This document shows, in pieces, positions 37,105-54,059 of a DNA stretch of 64,000 nucleotides. The number at the start of each line of letters is the position of its first letter. The stretch's first letter is position 1. This DNA is from Octopus sinensis. Taxonomy: Eukaryota. The notes beneath the pieces were generated by a model. It had not been told where the DNA came from. It searched no databases and worked only from the letters and a program-made list of their open reading frames with translations. Position numbers and translations under genes: made by a program. The stretch covers positions 9,749 through 73,748 of the forward strand of contig NW_021824837.1 of assembly GCF_006345805.1 (NCBI RefSeq). Reading direction: 5' to 3'.

Positions 37105-37231
37105 TCTATGTATGTATGTATGTATGTATGTATGTATGTTTGCATGTATGTATACATGTATGTATGTATGTATGTATGTATGTGTATGTATGTATGTATG
37201 TATGTATGTATGTATGCGTATGTATTTTTGC

Positions 37232-37269
<38 letters not shown>

Positions 37270-37600
37270 GTATGTATGCATGTATGTATGTATGTATGTA
37301 TGTATGTATGTATATATGTATGTATGTATGTTTGCATGTATGTATGTATGTATGTATGTATGTATGTATGTTTGCATATATGTATGCATGTATGTATGTA
37401 TGTATGTATGTTTGCACGTATGTATGTATGTATGTATGTATGTATGTATGTATGTATGTATGTGTATGTATGCATGCATGTATGTATATATGTATGTGTG
37501 TGTGTATGTATGTATGTATGTATGTATGTATGTATGTATGTATGTATGTATGTATGTATGTATGTATGTATGTATGTATGTATGTATATGTGTGTATATA
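37105..37600. repeat. ~500-bp degenerate (TATG)n tract
   Basis: Direct inspection. Confidence 0.97.
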
Positions 37601-37974
37601 CATATATGTGTATGTGTCCCGGCGTGTGCGCTCAGCCTCGTTGTGAAAAGGTCATGTAATTTTCTTTCTGCTTGACGCAAGATAAACAGAAGACATGTGA
37701 CAGGGAGGGGCGAAAATAAGGAAGGGGGAAATTTGAAGATGTGTGTGTGTGTGGTAGAGCGGAGGAATTGAAGGAGATACGGTGGGATGTGAAGGAAGGG
37801 AGGGTGTGGGAGCGGCAAAAAGAAGGGACAGTCTGCTAAAGCTGGCTGGGCCCAGTTTTAAAATTAATGGATTATCGGTGACACGCAGAACTTCCTTACA
37901 CTCGCTGAACGGCAAGCATTGCATATCTGCTGCAGAAACCATGGTGAAGTCAGTCAGTCAGTCTTCTGCATCAT

Positions 37975-39910
<1,936 letters not shown>

Positions 39911-40396
39911 GCCAGCTGCAAAGCAAGAACTAGAAGAATATAACAACAACAACAATGCCACTACCAGCTGCAACAACATCTATAATTGGTGCCAGCATTG
40001 ACACTATCCACAGCTGGGAGTATAGCTACGGCGGGTATTGTTTTCATCACGCACTCTCTGGCAAATCCTCAATACACCCAGCCAGCCATGGACCATGTAT
40101 GTGTCTCTTTATCTGCTAGAAACTACGGCCAAATTTCTGTCAGATCACAACTTACTATATAAAAGAAAATGAGGTACGCGTCGGGTAATGTTAACCGGTT
40201 ACCCTATAGGTATAAAAATAGTATGGTCGCATCTGGATCGGTTTAGAATACAGGTTTACCCAATAAAAGCTGATTTCGGGTTAAACAGCGAGTCAGTGGG
40301 CTTTTACATCGTCATTTGACTAGCTAGAAATAACAGCTTAATCTTCATATCACAATCTTAAAGAATCTTAAATCTTCTTAAAGAAAAATTAACGAC

Positions 40397-40588
40397 AGGC
40401 GTAGGAGTGGCTGTGTGGTAGGTATAGGCGTAGGAGTGACTGTGTGGTAAGTAGCTTGCTTACCAGCCACATGGTTCCGAGTTCAGTCCCACTGCATGGC
40501 ACCTTGGGCAAGTATCTTCTATTATAGCCTCGGGCCGACCAAAGCCTTGTGAGTGGATTTGGTAGACGGAAACTGAAAGAAGCCCGTC

Positions 40589-40657
<69 letters not shown>

Positions 40658-40875
40658 TATACGTGTGCTTAAGAGTGTATTTGTCACCCCAACATCGCTT
40701 GACAACTGATGCTGGTGTGTTTACGTCCCCGTAACTCAGCGGTTCGGCAAAAGAGACTGCTAGAATAAGTACTAGGCTTACAAAGAATAAGTCCCGGGGT
40801 CGATTGCTCGACTAAAGGCGGTGCTCCAGCATCGCCACACTCAAATGACTGAAACATATAAAAGAGTAAAAGAGA
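40397..40875 (+). mobile_element. SINE family A, full length with duplicated 29-bp 5' end
   Basis: aggcgtaggagtg(g/a)ctgtgtggta starts at both 40397 and 40426. Confidence 0.92.
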
Positions 40876-43800
40876 CAGATTGGCCAGTTCAACTCTGTGT
40901 ATGTATGTATATATGTATATTTATTGATATAAGTAAATATACATATAATATCTAATACCATGTGTATATGTGTGTGTGTGAGAGAGAGAGAGAGGGAGAG
41001 AGAGAGAGAAATATAGAGAGAGTGAGTGTGCTTGTAAGCGTGTATGTGTGTCTGTATATCAGTGCGAGCGCGTGTGTGTAAGATGTCTATGGTGACAACA
41101 CCTTTGACCATACAATTATGAGCAAATTAATTGATGAAAATAAGTTACGATGCAAAATTCAAATAATGATTTATCGGCAAAACTTTAACCATAAAAATCT
41201 AGAGAATAAATGAAAATGAGAGAATGCGTCGCATTAATCTTTACATTAATATTCGAAAGGTTTAACAAATAAACTCACTGTAATTTACTTATATTTTTAC
41301 TTACGAACTCCTCCAGGTGGATGGAATTTGTGTTGAATCCTGTTGGGTATATTATAACTTGTTCTTTGGCCACAATATTTTTTACTAAATAAATAAATAG
41401 ATGTAATACGTAGAAATATCTTCTGTGTTGTATGGTAGAGCGACTCCAACCACATCATTCATCTCTTTTCAATTAGAGCCCTCAATAAGGGAACAGTCAG
41501 CGAAGTCTCGCCGACTAATTACCACAGGCTTCATACGCAACTCGTTTTAACTCTACTCTGTAAATGACTAAATTTAGCACAAAAGAATCAATAAAATAAA
41601 CATTCGGATCAGATACCTGGCTTGTTCATATCCATCATGTTTGTGGATCAGGAGGTGTGGGTTTCCTTCCACAAAAAAGTAATGTACACTGGCCCTTTTC
41701 CTTTAACTAATCCATGAAAATACGAAAGAGGAAGGACATTGGATGATAGTAGTCCTAGATACAAATAATAGTCAATGCCTGTATGTTTATGATCTTAACT
41801 TTGCTAGAAGAGTTAGCAACAATGAACTAATAAGGGCATCCTCACCTGCTTGCCATAGCAATCAAATATTCTCTATGCCATGCGTTACCCTCTTAAAGAA
41901 GGGATAGACAGATTAGATGTGATGGTCAGTGATACTGTGCCTGATATGCAGGGCCAAACTGACATGGATCTTAAACAATAACTACCTACAACAACTCATC
42001 GATATTGATTATTTAAAACAACTTCTCTTACCACCACAATTTTAAGATAGCTTGAACGGAAACAGCAATAGCAAGAACAACGACCATAAAGAGAGTAACA
42101 ACAATATCACCAACAAAAATTCATTAAGAGAATTTTCATAACCAGCCACCCTTGCAATGGATTAAGAATTTACAATTTAAGGAAGTAGGCAAAACCGCGT
42201 ATCGGCAAGAGTGGCTAAACAACGACAAAGACAAAAATTAACATCATATACTTTACTTTCTTTAATTGCAAACTGCAGGGTTAAGCGCCATCAAAATATT
42301 AGAAATCTTAAGGACAAGCAAGGGAAATAACTCTATTAAAATCAGTGAACTGAAATTCGCTTTCTGTTGTTTTACTTTGTTTTTGCCGATATGTTACTAA
42401 TCCAATTGCATTTTTCACCTTTGCAGCTATAAGTGTCAATTTAAATCACTCCCTATTTCAGCAAGCATAAGCAACGAAGTTCCAGTTGTGACCATTCCAT
42501 CTTATTGTACTTGTTCAGTAATTATACATGTATGTATTTATTACTCGATGCTCCCCTTCCTGTTTAACATATTGGGTATGATACGAGGGAGACGTGACAG
42601 CTATTTCTAAAAGATGAAGCCACTAAGTCAGATTTCGAAAAAGAACACCGACGATCAAAAAGCATTCCAGCCGTGACCATCTTCATTTTTAAAGAGGGAG
42701 CTGTGGGTGAGGAATACAATTATGCATGAACCCATTATCCAATTTTTAAAACCGATTTATATAGAATTAAGGAAGATTTAAGCAGAAGTTTTTAGAAGCC
42801 TGGAAGACACACGCTGAGTCTTTTTCATTTGTTTGTGGAGTTGTAGTGGTTTCAGCTGCTGTTATTGATGTAATTGCAGATATTGTTGTCGCTCTTGTTA
42901 TTGATAATGTTTGATACGTGAGGGGAATCATTAAATGTGGAGACGAAACAAAACTGAAAATGGTTAACTAGACAATAAGAATAGCGCTCGCAGGAGCAGT
43001 GAGGAAAGAATTCATTAACAATATACCAGCAGTTCTTCAAATGAATTGTAATGTATAGTTGCATTGTCGTCTTGCTCGTCTTCGTTCTCCTTGTTGTTGT
43101 TGTTGCTACTGCTGAAATTGTTGTTGTTCTTATTGTAGAAGTAATCGGCAGAGCAGTTCTATTTTCTCAATAAATTTCTTCCTTTTCCTTTGTACAAACG
43201 TAAGAAGTCATTATTGTTGGCGTTGCCGTTGCAGTTATTTTTGCTGTGTAACAAGCGAGTCCTCGTACTCCGACCTGATCTAAGAGATCTGGTATCATAG
43301 CCATTTCAGCAATGAGCATTTTGTCATATTTTTTTATCTCTAGAATTCCATTGACTAATGTATCCTACATTTTTTCTTCAGGTAAGATTTTTTTTTAGTT
43401 AACTGCTATTTTTAGTAGTTTTAGCCACCTTGTAGATGTTACCTTTTTTATTCGTATTGCTATTGTTTTCGCTGTGTGGTTTATCAAGAAACCTGATAAA
43501 ATATGCAAATAACTTCCACTTCAAGATCAGAATTCATTTGGAATAAACATTAACGAAGTAGTTCTCACAAGAAATGTAAAAGCAAAAGCAAACATCCAGC
43601 TTCACCAAAATGAAAAAGAACACAGGAAAAAAATATAAAGAAATTTTAGGCAATAACAACTTTAACAATTTTGTCTTTTAATTAATAAAAGTGGAAATAA
43701 ATTCCATAAAAACATTTGAGAATAAAAACATCAAGAGAATAAAACTAAACTTCGGAAAATAATGTTAAATATCTGAGTGTAGAAACGGAGATAAACTAAG

Positions 43801-44261
43801 TACTTTCGCATTTAACTGATAAACATAAACACAAAAAAGAATAACAATGATAATGATAACAGCAGTACCGAAGACAACGGTGACGAAGTAAAACACAGAA
43901 GGTGAAAGCCAGAGGATGGTATGTGCGTAGGGAAATAACGAAAAGGGTGTGGCTTCAGTGTAAAAGGCGGCGGTTGCATGAACGATAGCAACAACAACAA
44001 CAATTGAAGCTATTTCAAAAATTTCCATTCGATTAACATGACTTTACTTTTCTTCATACATTGTACGTCTTTACATACGTACGCAGCCGCACATTAGATA
44101 CACACATCCACACACACCACACACATGCACGCATGCACGCACAAACATACATACATACACACAAACACACACACAAACACATTCATACACACAGACACAC
44201 ATACACATACACGCACATACACACACATATAAAACAATTACAATGAATACAGACTGGTACA

Positions 44262-44628
44262 TCTCTTTTATTTGTTTCAGTTATTTGACTGCAGCCATAT
44301 TGGAGCACCACCTTTAGTCGAACAAATCGACCCCAGGACTCATTCTTTATAGTACTCATTCTATCGGCCTCTTTTGCCGAACTGCTGAGTTACGGGAACG
44401 TAAACACACCAGCATCGGTAGGGGAGCGATGGTGGGGGACAAACACAGACACACAAACATACACATACACACACACATATAAATATATACGACAGGTTTC
44501 TTTCGGTTTTCGTCTGCCAAATCCACTCACAAGGGTTTGGTCGGCCCAAGGTGTCTCGCAGTGGGGCTGAACCCGGAACCATGGGGCTGGTAAGCGAGCT
44601 ACTTACCACACAGCCACGCCTGCGCCGA
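44262..44628 (-). mobile_element. SINE family A (internal deletion)
   Basis: Reverse-complement tail, microsatellite and head all present. Confidence 0.9.
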
Positions 44629-45144
44629 TACTTTTCGCATATTTTATATTAAATTTTTTACAGTTAATTTTACAGTATTATTCGTTTAAATCGGACCCCA
44701 ATGACATTCATAATTCACTGTAGAAAATATTCATAATCATGTTAAGCGAGCACAGAATTTACTCATCGGATGACTTAGATTGGTTGGCGTATCTTTTCTT
44801 AAAACTACTTTCGCATGTACCAATATACATTTTCTTTTGTGTTTCCTTATTTCGAGCACAGAAGTGACTTCAGCTTCATAAACTATTGAAACAGAAATAG
44901 TCACGTAAAGTAAAAAGTACTCAATACATGACATATTTAGGGTATGTGTGTTATACCAAGGGCTATTTTGAAAAGAAAACGGAACATTATCATTTTCTGA
45001 ATATCAACTGTATTTAATACTTTATGCCTGTGTGTCAGTTGTGTTTAGATATATATATTATAGTACACTTTTTTACTTTACCTCCCCCCTCTCTCTCTCT
45101 CTCTTTCTCTTTTCTCTCTGTATATACATATATATATATATATA

Positions 45145-45716
45145 TAATAGTTAAAAAACGTATAGTAAATGCACAAACCAAAAACAGACACAACAGCAAG
45201 TTAAAAAATATATAGTAAATGCACAGACGTAGGTGTAGGAATGGCTGTGTTGTAAGTAGCTTGCTTACCAACCACATGGTTGAGGGTTCAGTCCCACTAC
45301 GTGACACCTTGGTCAAGTATCTTCTACTGTAGCCTCGGGCCGATCAAAGCCTTGTGAGTGGATTTGGTAGACCGAAACTGAAAGAAGCCCGTCGTATATA
45401 TGCACACAAACACACACACACACACCACACACACATATATATATATATATATAATAGTTAAAAAACGTATAGTAAATGCACAAACCAAAAACAGACACAA
45501 CAGCAAGTTAAAAAATATATAGTAAATGCACAGACGTAGGTGTAGGAATGGCTGTGTTGTAAGTAGCTTGCTTACCAACCACATGGTTGAGGGTTCAGTC
45601 CCACTACGTGACACCTTGGTCAAGTATCTTCTACTGTAGCCTCGGGCCGATCAAAGCCTTGTGAGTGGATTTGGTAGACCGAAACTGAAAGAAGCCCGTC
45701 GTATATATGCACACAA

Positions 45717-45762
<46 letters not shown>

Positions 45763-45983
45763 GCATGTGTGTGTCTGTGTTTGTCCCCCCAACATCGCTT
45801 GACAACTGATGATGGAGTGTTTATGTCCCCGTAACTTAGCGATTCGGCAAAAGAAACCGACAGAATAAGTACTAGGCTTTCAAAGAATAAGTCTTGGGGG
45901 TCGATTTGTTCGACTTAAGACGGTGCTCCAGCATGACCACAGTCAAATGACTGAAACAAGTAAATGAATAAAAGAGTAAAAGA
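45145..45983 (+). mobile_element. SINE family A whose 5' half plus upstream flank is tandemly duplicated (period 307 bp)
   Basis: The units starting at 45145 and 45452 are identical outside the CA/TA tracts, including private variants (ggttgagggttc, gaccgaaactg). Confidence 0.92.
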
Positions 45984-46244
45984 GGCGAAACGGAATTCAG
46001 ACGAAGAAGGTATCCAACTCCTCATCAGTTACCGGCCAAAGAATCTAACGTAATATATATATAATATGCATACAGGTTCAATTTCACTTTCTACTGGAAA
46101 CTTACGATTTCTCACTAAAATTTTTTCTCAATGTCTTTATCTTAAATTTCTGTGATCAAGGTAGCTTAGGACTGGCCAACAAAATGCTAGATTACTCTGC
46201 TTTTCAGGATTCTGCATACATACATATTTACATACATACATACA

Positions 46245-46340
46245 TAATAATAATAATAATGTTCGTCCTTCGGGTTCGAAGATGACCACTGACATCATCT
46301 AGTGGAACTGCCGCTATGAGACCGGAGGTGGCTGGTGAGG
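46245..46340 (-). mobile_element. RTE-clade LINE extreme 3' end
   Basis: Minus strand GFLAQIGLTSHLRSHSGSSTR* resembles the RTE C-terminal ...IGLxSHxRxH motif; followed by a short UTR and (ATT)n tail; abuts a (TATG)n tract. Confidence 0.65.
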
Positions 46341-46740
46341 CCAATCTGGGCAAGGAAGCCCATACATACATACATACATACATACATACATACATACATA
46401 CATACATACATACATACATACATACATACATACATACAGCATACAAAAAACAAAAAGGCCATGATGGGTATGTTTCTCGAAGACAGAAATATCGACATGA
46501 AGCGAAGACTCTCTTGACCTCATGACCGCTGCATCCCAACACACTTGAAAAGCGCACATTTAGAATCCAAGAGCAGGTGATTATTACTAAATACCTAATT
46601 AAGAGAAGAGACAGTGAAACCCTTGGAGTTCTAAATGCAACCAAAAATGTAGATTATGCTATAATTCTGTGGAAGACATCACACACGTGATTAGCAGCTG
46701 CTGAAAAATGTCATCAAGGTACAGAACTACATCTCTATAT

Positions 46741-46783
<43 letters not shown>

Positions 46784-47509
46784 TAATATAATATAATATA
46801 AAATTTAGTCAATAGACTATATATTATTCATATAAATACAGTGTACATTTAAACACATATTTTTCTCTCTCTTTCCTTTTCTCTCTATCTTCTCCGTCTC
46901 TCTCTCCCTCTCCATCTCGCTTTCTCTCTCTCTCTCTTTCTCCCTTTCTTTCTCTCTGTCTCTGTCTCTCTCTCTCTCTCTGTCTCTCTCTCTCTTTCTT
47001 AGTCATTCCATCATTTTTTCCTGCTTTACCATACCGTCTCTTATTTCATTTCTCTCTCTCTCCCCTTATCTCTCCTATTCTCCCACTCTCTCTCTCTCCC
47101 TCTTCTCCTCTCCCCACTCTCTCTCTCTCTCTCTCTCTCTGTTTCTATTGTTTGCTTTTCCTTTCTATCACTACTTTGTCATATTAACTCTTATCTTTTT
47201 TCTTCATCCTCAAACCGCTAATTTTATCCTTACATCTGTTTCACTTCATATCTCTGTGTAATCTCTTTCACTTTCACTAACATTCCTTTTAAAATTCTTT
47301 CTCTCTTCGCCTCTCTAACTACTTCTCTCTACTAATTTCTCTCTTATTTCTATCATCTACCTTATTTGATCACGCTGTCACCTTCTCCTCCTCTTTTTCT
47401 CCCTATCATTATCTTACTCTCTCCATTTCACTTCCTCCATATCTCTATGTTTTCATACTCCATATTTTATGTCGTCTCTCTCACTACATTTCTGTCTCAC
47501 TTTCTATAT

Positions 47510-48135
<626 letters not shown>

Positions 48136-48635
48136 TCTCATTCTTTCCTCTCCTTCTCTAATCACTCGTCTCTTCTTCGCTATCCAGCATTCAGCCTCTA
48201 CACGAAGCAGATTTACAGAATCTATTCTTTCCTTTCGTTCATTGTGTCGTCCATTCTTATCTCATCTATGGCGCGGATCTTCAATTCTATTTATTTATTT
48301 ATTTATTTATTCATTCATTCGTTCATTCACTCATTCATTCAATTTCCTTCTTATTTTTATTTATTCATGTAATTTCTTGTTTCTTTAGTAATCTGCCTGG
48401 CTTATTTTTTTTATCCTCATTGTTGGTGTTATTGTTGCCGTTCTTGACGATATTGTTGTTGTTGTTGCCGTTCTTGACGATATTGTTGTTGTTGTTGTTG
48501 GTCATATCATTGTTTAGTGTTATTGGTGTTGTGGTAGTGAATTAATGGAGAATGAATACGATGTCCCAATCGCACACGTGACAAATATATAATTACATGG
48601 TTAGTGTAGGAGAATGGCAAAATAAACTAGAAGCA

Positions 48636-48689
48636 GATGATGATAATGATGATGATGATGATGATACAACAATTAAGATTACTACTGCC

Positions 48690-48722
<33 letters not shown>

Positions 48723-48822
48723 TAATAATAATAATAATGATAATAATAATAATAATAATATAATAATAATAATAATGATAACAATGATGATGATGATGAT
48801 GATGATGATAATAATAATAATA

Positions 48823-48868
<46 letters not shown>

Positions 48869-48899
48869 CATGATGATGATAATAATAATAATAATAATA

Positions 48900-48946
<47 letters not shown>

Positions 48947-49260
48947 TAATAATAATAATAATAATATGAACATCAACACTAATAATTAGAAGCTCACACG
49001 CAATAATATTAAACAAGAATAAGAAGGATATGGAAAACCGAATCTGTTAGAGAAAGATGAGGAAGAATATGTGAATGAAAATAGTAATAATGTTGACGAT
49101 GATGATGATAATGATGATGATGACGGTGGCGACGATGATGATGATGTTTTTTTTGGAGGAGGAGAAATAGAAGAAGAAGAAGAAGAAGAAGAAGAAGAGG
49201 AACAACAACAACAACAACAACAACAACAATAACAACAGTAACAGCAACAACAGCATGTCA
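48636..49260. repeat. Compound (GAT)n/(AAT)n/(GAA)n/(CAA)n tract
   Basis: Direct inspection. Confidence 0.95.
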
Positions 49261-49635
49261 TAAAACAATGGAAATAGTAATAGGGGAATGGACAGAAAAT
49301 TAAAAGGGAAGTTAAAAGAAAAAATAGCAACACTTGTAGATGATAGCTAGCGAAAGAGTTAGCTATCTGACTAGCATCAGTAACGTTTAGAAATGGCTAT
49401 TCCAGACTTTGGTTATTGCAGAAAGGAAAAGCATATTTATTATATATACTGTACAAATTTTCCCAGGCACTGCAAATGTTTGAATCAATAGGTTTGGGTA
49501 CTGAATGCTGCACTAGTCATCGTAACTTTTAATTAGTAAATTAGTTTATCATATTATATATGGAACGCATATATGAGGCGAGAAAGAATAAAACAAACAT
49601 GCATACACATATATAGATATATACATACATACATG

Positions 49636-50050
49636 CCCCAGTGAAGACCTCAAAAAAATGTAAGCAAAAAAGACCCGATATAATGATCTGGGACAGAGAA
49701 AAGAAACTGTGTACAGTCGTGGAAATTAGCTACCCAGCAGATGTTAACATAAAGCCGAGGATCAGTGAGAAATCTGCAGTTACTCTATCCAGATTATAAG
49801 TTCAGGTTTATACCTGTAATTATTGGGGTCCAGGGATATGTAACACACTTTCTAAATACCAATCATGAGAAATTTGGCTTCTCAAAACCAGAAAGGAGAA
49901 AGCTAATTCGAAGGCTACAGATTCAATCCATCACGGGAACTGTAAAAATCTGTAAAACTTTCTAGAAGTGTATCATTTAAATATATATGAGCAAGTCTAG
50001 ATATGCAACTATATGCATGAGAATAAATACGCAAAGCAAAACATACAAAG
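49636..50050 (+). mobile_element. 5'-truncated non-LTR retrotransposon with restriction-like endonuclease domain (R4/Dong/HERO-like)
   Basis: Reads PVKTSKKCKQKRPDIMIWDREKKLCTVVEISYPADVNIKPRISEK / RNLQLLYPDYKFRFIPVIIGVQGYV...LIRRLQIQSITGTVKICKTF*: RPD...E(D)...K and PxxxGxxG motifs of REL endonucleases; internal deletion near 49770. Confidence 0.85.
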
Positions 50051-50284
50051 ACATATTTATTGAACTTAGCTTTAAAAAGCTAAATGAGTAACTCAACTAG
50101 GTAACTGAAGAAGCCATGATAAGAGTGATGAGGCAACACACACACACGTACACACGCACACACATACGTACGCACACATGCACACACACACACACACACA
50201 CACACGTACGCACACATGCACACACACATAATTGTTGAGCAAATCGAAACTTCAATGTTACAATCATTCCTCTTGTCGAAATTG

Positions 50285-50670
50285 ATATGTATGTATGTAT
50301 GTGTGTATGTGTGTATGTATGCATGTATTTATGTATGTACGTATGTATGTATGTATGTGTGTATGTATGCATGTATGTATGTATGTATGCATGTATGTAT
50401 ACATGTATGTATGTGTGTATGTATGTATGTATGTATGTATGTATGTATGTATGTGTGTATGTATGTATTTATGTATGCATGTATGTATGTATGTATGTAT
50501 GTATGCATGTATGTATGCATGTATGTATGTACGTATGTATGTATGTATGTATGTATGTATGTATGTTTGCATGTATGTTTGTATGTATGTATGTATTTAT
50601 GTATGCATGTATGTATGTATGTATGTATGCATATATGTATGTATGTATGTATGTATGTAGTATGTATGTA
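50285..50670. repeat. Degenerate (TATG)n tract
   Basis: Direct inspection. Confidence 0.97.
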
Positions 50671-50843
50671 TACATAATTTCAGTTTACCTTACTCATTTA
50701 AAAAAAAATCTTCTTGCATAGGCATTGCACGACAACAACATTGATTAAGCTTCGTGCAATGGCTATAAACGATAACGAGGGGGCAGCCACCATATACATA
50801 TGTATCTACACACATACTCACACACACACATACATATACACAT

Positions 50844-51074
50844 AAGGCGGCGAGCTGGCAGAATCGTTAGCACACCGGGCGAAATGCTTAGCGGTATTGA
50901 GTCTGTCGTTGCGTTCTGAGTTCAAATTCCGCCGAGGTCGACTTTGCCTTTCATCCTTTCGGGCTCGATAAATTAAGTACCAGTTACGCACTGGGGTCGA
51001 TGTAATCGACTTAATCCGTTTGTCTGTCCTTGTTTGTCCCCTCTATGTTTAGCCCCTTGTGGGCAATAAAGAAA
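50844..51074 (+). mobile_element. SINE family B, full length
   Basis: aaggcggcgagctggcagaatcgttagc head through ...gccccttgtgggcaataaagaaa tail. Confidence 0.92.
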
Positions 51075-51390
51075 CACGTATATATATACACATACACATC
51101 ATTATCTCATCTATACATTACTGAATCGAAGTTATAAAATGAATGGTAGATCTGAGTGTGCGTCGGCCTCGACGGTGAACATTCAGTTGCGCAGCCAAAT
51201 CCTGAAATTAACGCGTTAGTAGCTGAGCGTTCCACAGTTGCGTGTAACCTTAACATAATTCTTAGACACAAATCTTAGCCATTGAATCACATGTGCAGTA
51301 CAGAGGGGGGGGATAGAAAAGACATAGAAAGACAAAGAGAACAAGAGAGATGGTGGTGAGGAAGATGGAGAGAGAAAGTGACAAAGAGAA

Positions 51391-51421
<31 letters not shown>

Positions 51422-51777
51422 TAGACAACTGACTCCAGGTCTGCTACATTATTTATCATATCTAAAAGGATGAAAGTTGATCTGGGCCAGTAATTGATAT
51501 CAAGCGGAAGAGAGCCTGAATGTACGCCTACCAAAATTCCATCCGTAAGTGGAAAGGTCAGGTGCGATCTGCAAAAATGTAAACTTTTCGTAGTTTAACT
51601 GGTATTACATCCGTGATTGGTCCGAAGGTAGCAAGTCAAAAAAAATAGTTTTGTGTTCCGACTGTGACCTGTAGCTGTAAGTCAAACAATTGTGATCCGC
51701 AGACAGGTAAACTTTTCATCATATAATTGGTATTCCAGCAGTGACGAGTAGATCTTATGATTTTCAGACATTGTCTT

Positions 51778-52257
51778 TAACTCTTTTACATGTTTCAGTC
51801 ATTTGACAGCGGCCATGCTGGAGCACCGCCTTCAGTCGAGCAAATCGACCCCGGGACTTATTCTTTGTAAGCCTAGTACTTATTCTACCGGTCTAGTTTG
51901 TCGAACAGCTAAGTTACGAGGACGTAAACACCACATCGGTTGTCAAGCGATGTTGGGGGACGAATACAGACACACACACACACACTCACCCACACACACA
52001 CACACCACACACACAACACCACATTATATTATATATATATATATATTATATATATATATAATAATATATATATATATATATATACATATATACGACGGGC
52101 TTCTTTTAGTTTCCGTCTACCAAATCCACTCACAAGGCTTTGGTCAGCCCGAGGCTATAGTAGAAGTCACTTGCCCAAAGTGCCACGCAGTGGGACTGAA
52201 CCCAGAATCATGTAGTTGGTAAGCTAGCTACTTACCACACAGCCACTCTGCGCCTAT
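51778..52257 (-). mobile_element. SINE family A, full length
   Basis: Reverse complement of the family A architecture. Confidence 0.92.
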
Positions 52258-52425
52258 AAACACATTGTGTATATAAAACTTTAAAATGTATGATTAGATT
52301 ATTTACTGTAATTACATTTCTAAGATGTAATTAGCTGTAAGTAGGGTGTGACTTGAAGGCTATTTGGTTGTGTTTCTAGTGTTGCTGCAGCTTAGACCAT
52401 GTCAGATCTGATTACTTCATATTAA

Positions 52426-52645
52426 CCCTTTAGCATTTAAAACGGTCATATTAGGCCCAACTCTTCTATCCGTTTTGTGTTCAAATCAGTCGGATCCAGC
52501 CTCTCGCACCCACTGTACAATGTCATTCTAAAAATAAACAATTACAGCATCGAAATCCCAAAGATATAAGATGATGCATGATTAATTCAAAACAATGTGA
52601 ATAAATAAGCGTTACGTTTGACAGAGTAATTTGAATGCAAAAGGC
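52426..52645. mobile_element. piggyBac-like MITE
   Basis: TTAA|CCCTTTAGCATT at 52422-52437 and AATGCAAAAGGC|TTAA at 52634-52649: TTAA TSD with imperfect CCC-starting TIRs. Confidence 0.7.
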
Positions 52646-53216
52646 TTAAAGGTATTTTTTTCCTCAGACCACGCCTGACCTTTCGAATTAATACTTGCGT
52701 GCCATGGGCCCGCTGAGTTAGGATTGACGGGTTAAACAACAACACGTAATTCAAAATATTTTCCTATTTTAAGCAGGGGAAATTGTCTGCTAATTTTAGC
52801 ATTTTGGGTTATCATGCTTTGACTCTAGTTTTGTGATCAAAAAGAGTTATGATCAGAGGAACTTCCTATCTTAGCGGTTTGTAGGACGTCATTGACCTAT
52901 GTATATTTATATTTTCTTTATTGAAAACAACAGTGTGTGATATGTAGAAAATGTGGCTCTAATTTTAAGTAAGTCGAACTTTCTGCAGTTGTCTCCTCTT
53001 TAAGATTTCTAATGCTGTTCTCATTTAAACTCCACTAGCAGTATAACACGGCTTTGCCCAGGATTAAGTTAGGATTATTAAGCTAATCAAGTTCTGTATT
53101 TCAAACCGACCTAAGTAACATCGACGTCAAATTTGGCGAAATCCGTTGAAATTGGTATGTATATTTATGTATGTGTGTATGTATATATATTAGATATATA
53201 TATATATATATATATA

Positions 53217-53271
<55 letters not shown>

Positions 53272-53320
53272 ATATATTATATATATATATTATATATATA
53301 TTATATATATATCTATATAG

Positions 53321-53465
53321 ATGCAGCACGGATTTTTGTCAGTGAACAGGTCGCGGATTTTAGCGACGAAAATATTTTGACAAATTAAACTTAAATGTTG
53401 AAGTGAATCGAACGGCTTTTGTATGTTTCTTAAATGGCTTATAAACACCTTCCACGCTGCAATTG
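53321..53465 (-). mobile_element. Single-arm copy of the repeat that forms the fold-back at 14.8-15.1 kb
   Basis: atgcag.acgga.ttttgtcagtgaacaggtcgcgg...gaagtgaatcgaacgg...aaatggcttataaacaccttccacgctgcaattg; flanked by (TA)n. Confidence 0.85.
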
Positions 53466-53551
53466 TATATAAATATATATATGGGCAACACACACACACA
53501 TACGTACGTACGTACGTACACCTATTGCATACATATTTTTTGTACGCATAC

Positions 53552-53591
<40 letters not shown>

Positions 53592-54059
53592 GCCCGTATA
53601 TCAACAAAATACTTTTTTCCTCGATGGAAAAAAAAACAACAAGCGTCTTAACAAAAACCTACTCGTCGCTAGAAGGGGACAATGGTGATTTCTCCGACTT
53701 GAAAATTGTTAAAAGTTTTGGTTGAAAATTTATTTTTACTACTATTCGCTGGTGCCTCTGGTAAGAATAAGTTGACGAAAATACAGCTAGGATCATGACG
53801 AATGTCCTCCTAAAATTGGAGCAACATGTGTGCTAATTTGTGAACGTGCATAAATTACATTCACGTATACACACACACACACACATCCTGCCTTTTATAT
53901 ATATACAGATTATACTTTGAATGAACAAATTCGAATGAGCAGATCTATGATCAAAAAGCGTTTCAGCATTTTCTTACACATTTGCTTAATTTTTATATGT
54001 ATATATATCATGTTGGGGCACTGCCTGGAAGGACTTACTTGAACAAATCAACATCAGTT

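Noticed and set aside
48432-48495. 2 x 30-bp tandem duplication in a (GTT)n context
   Set aside because: Ordinary slippage product.
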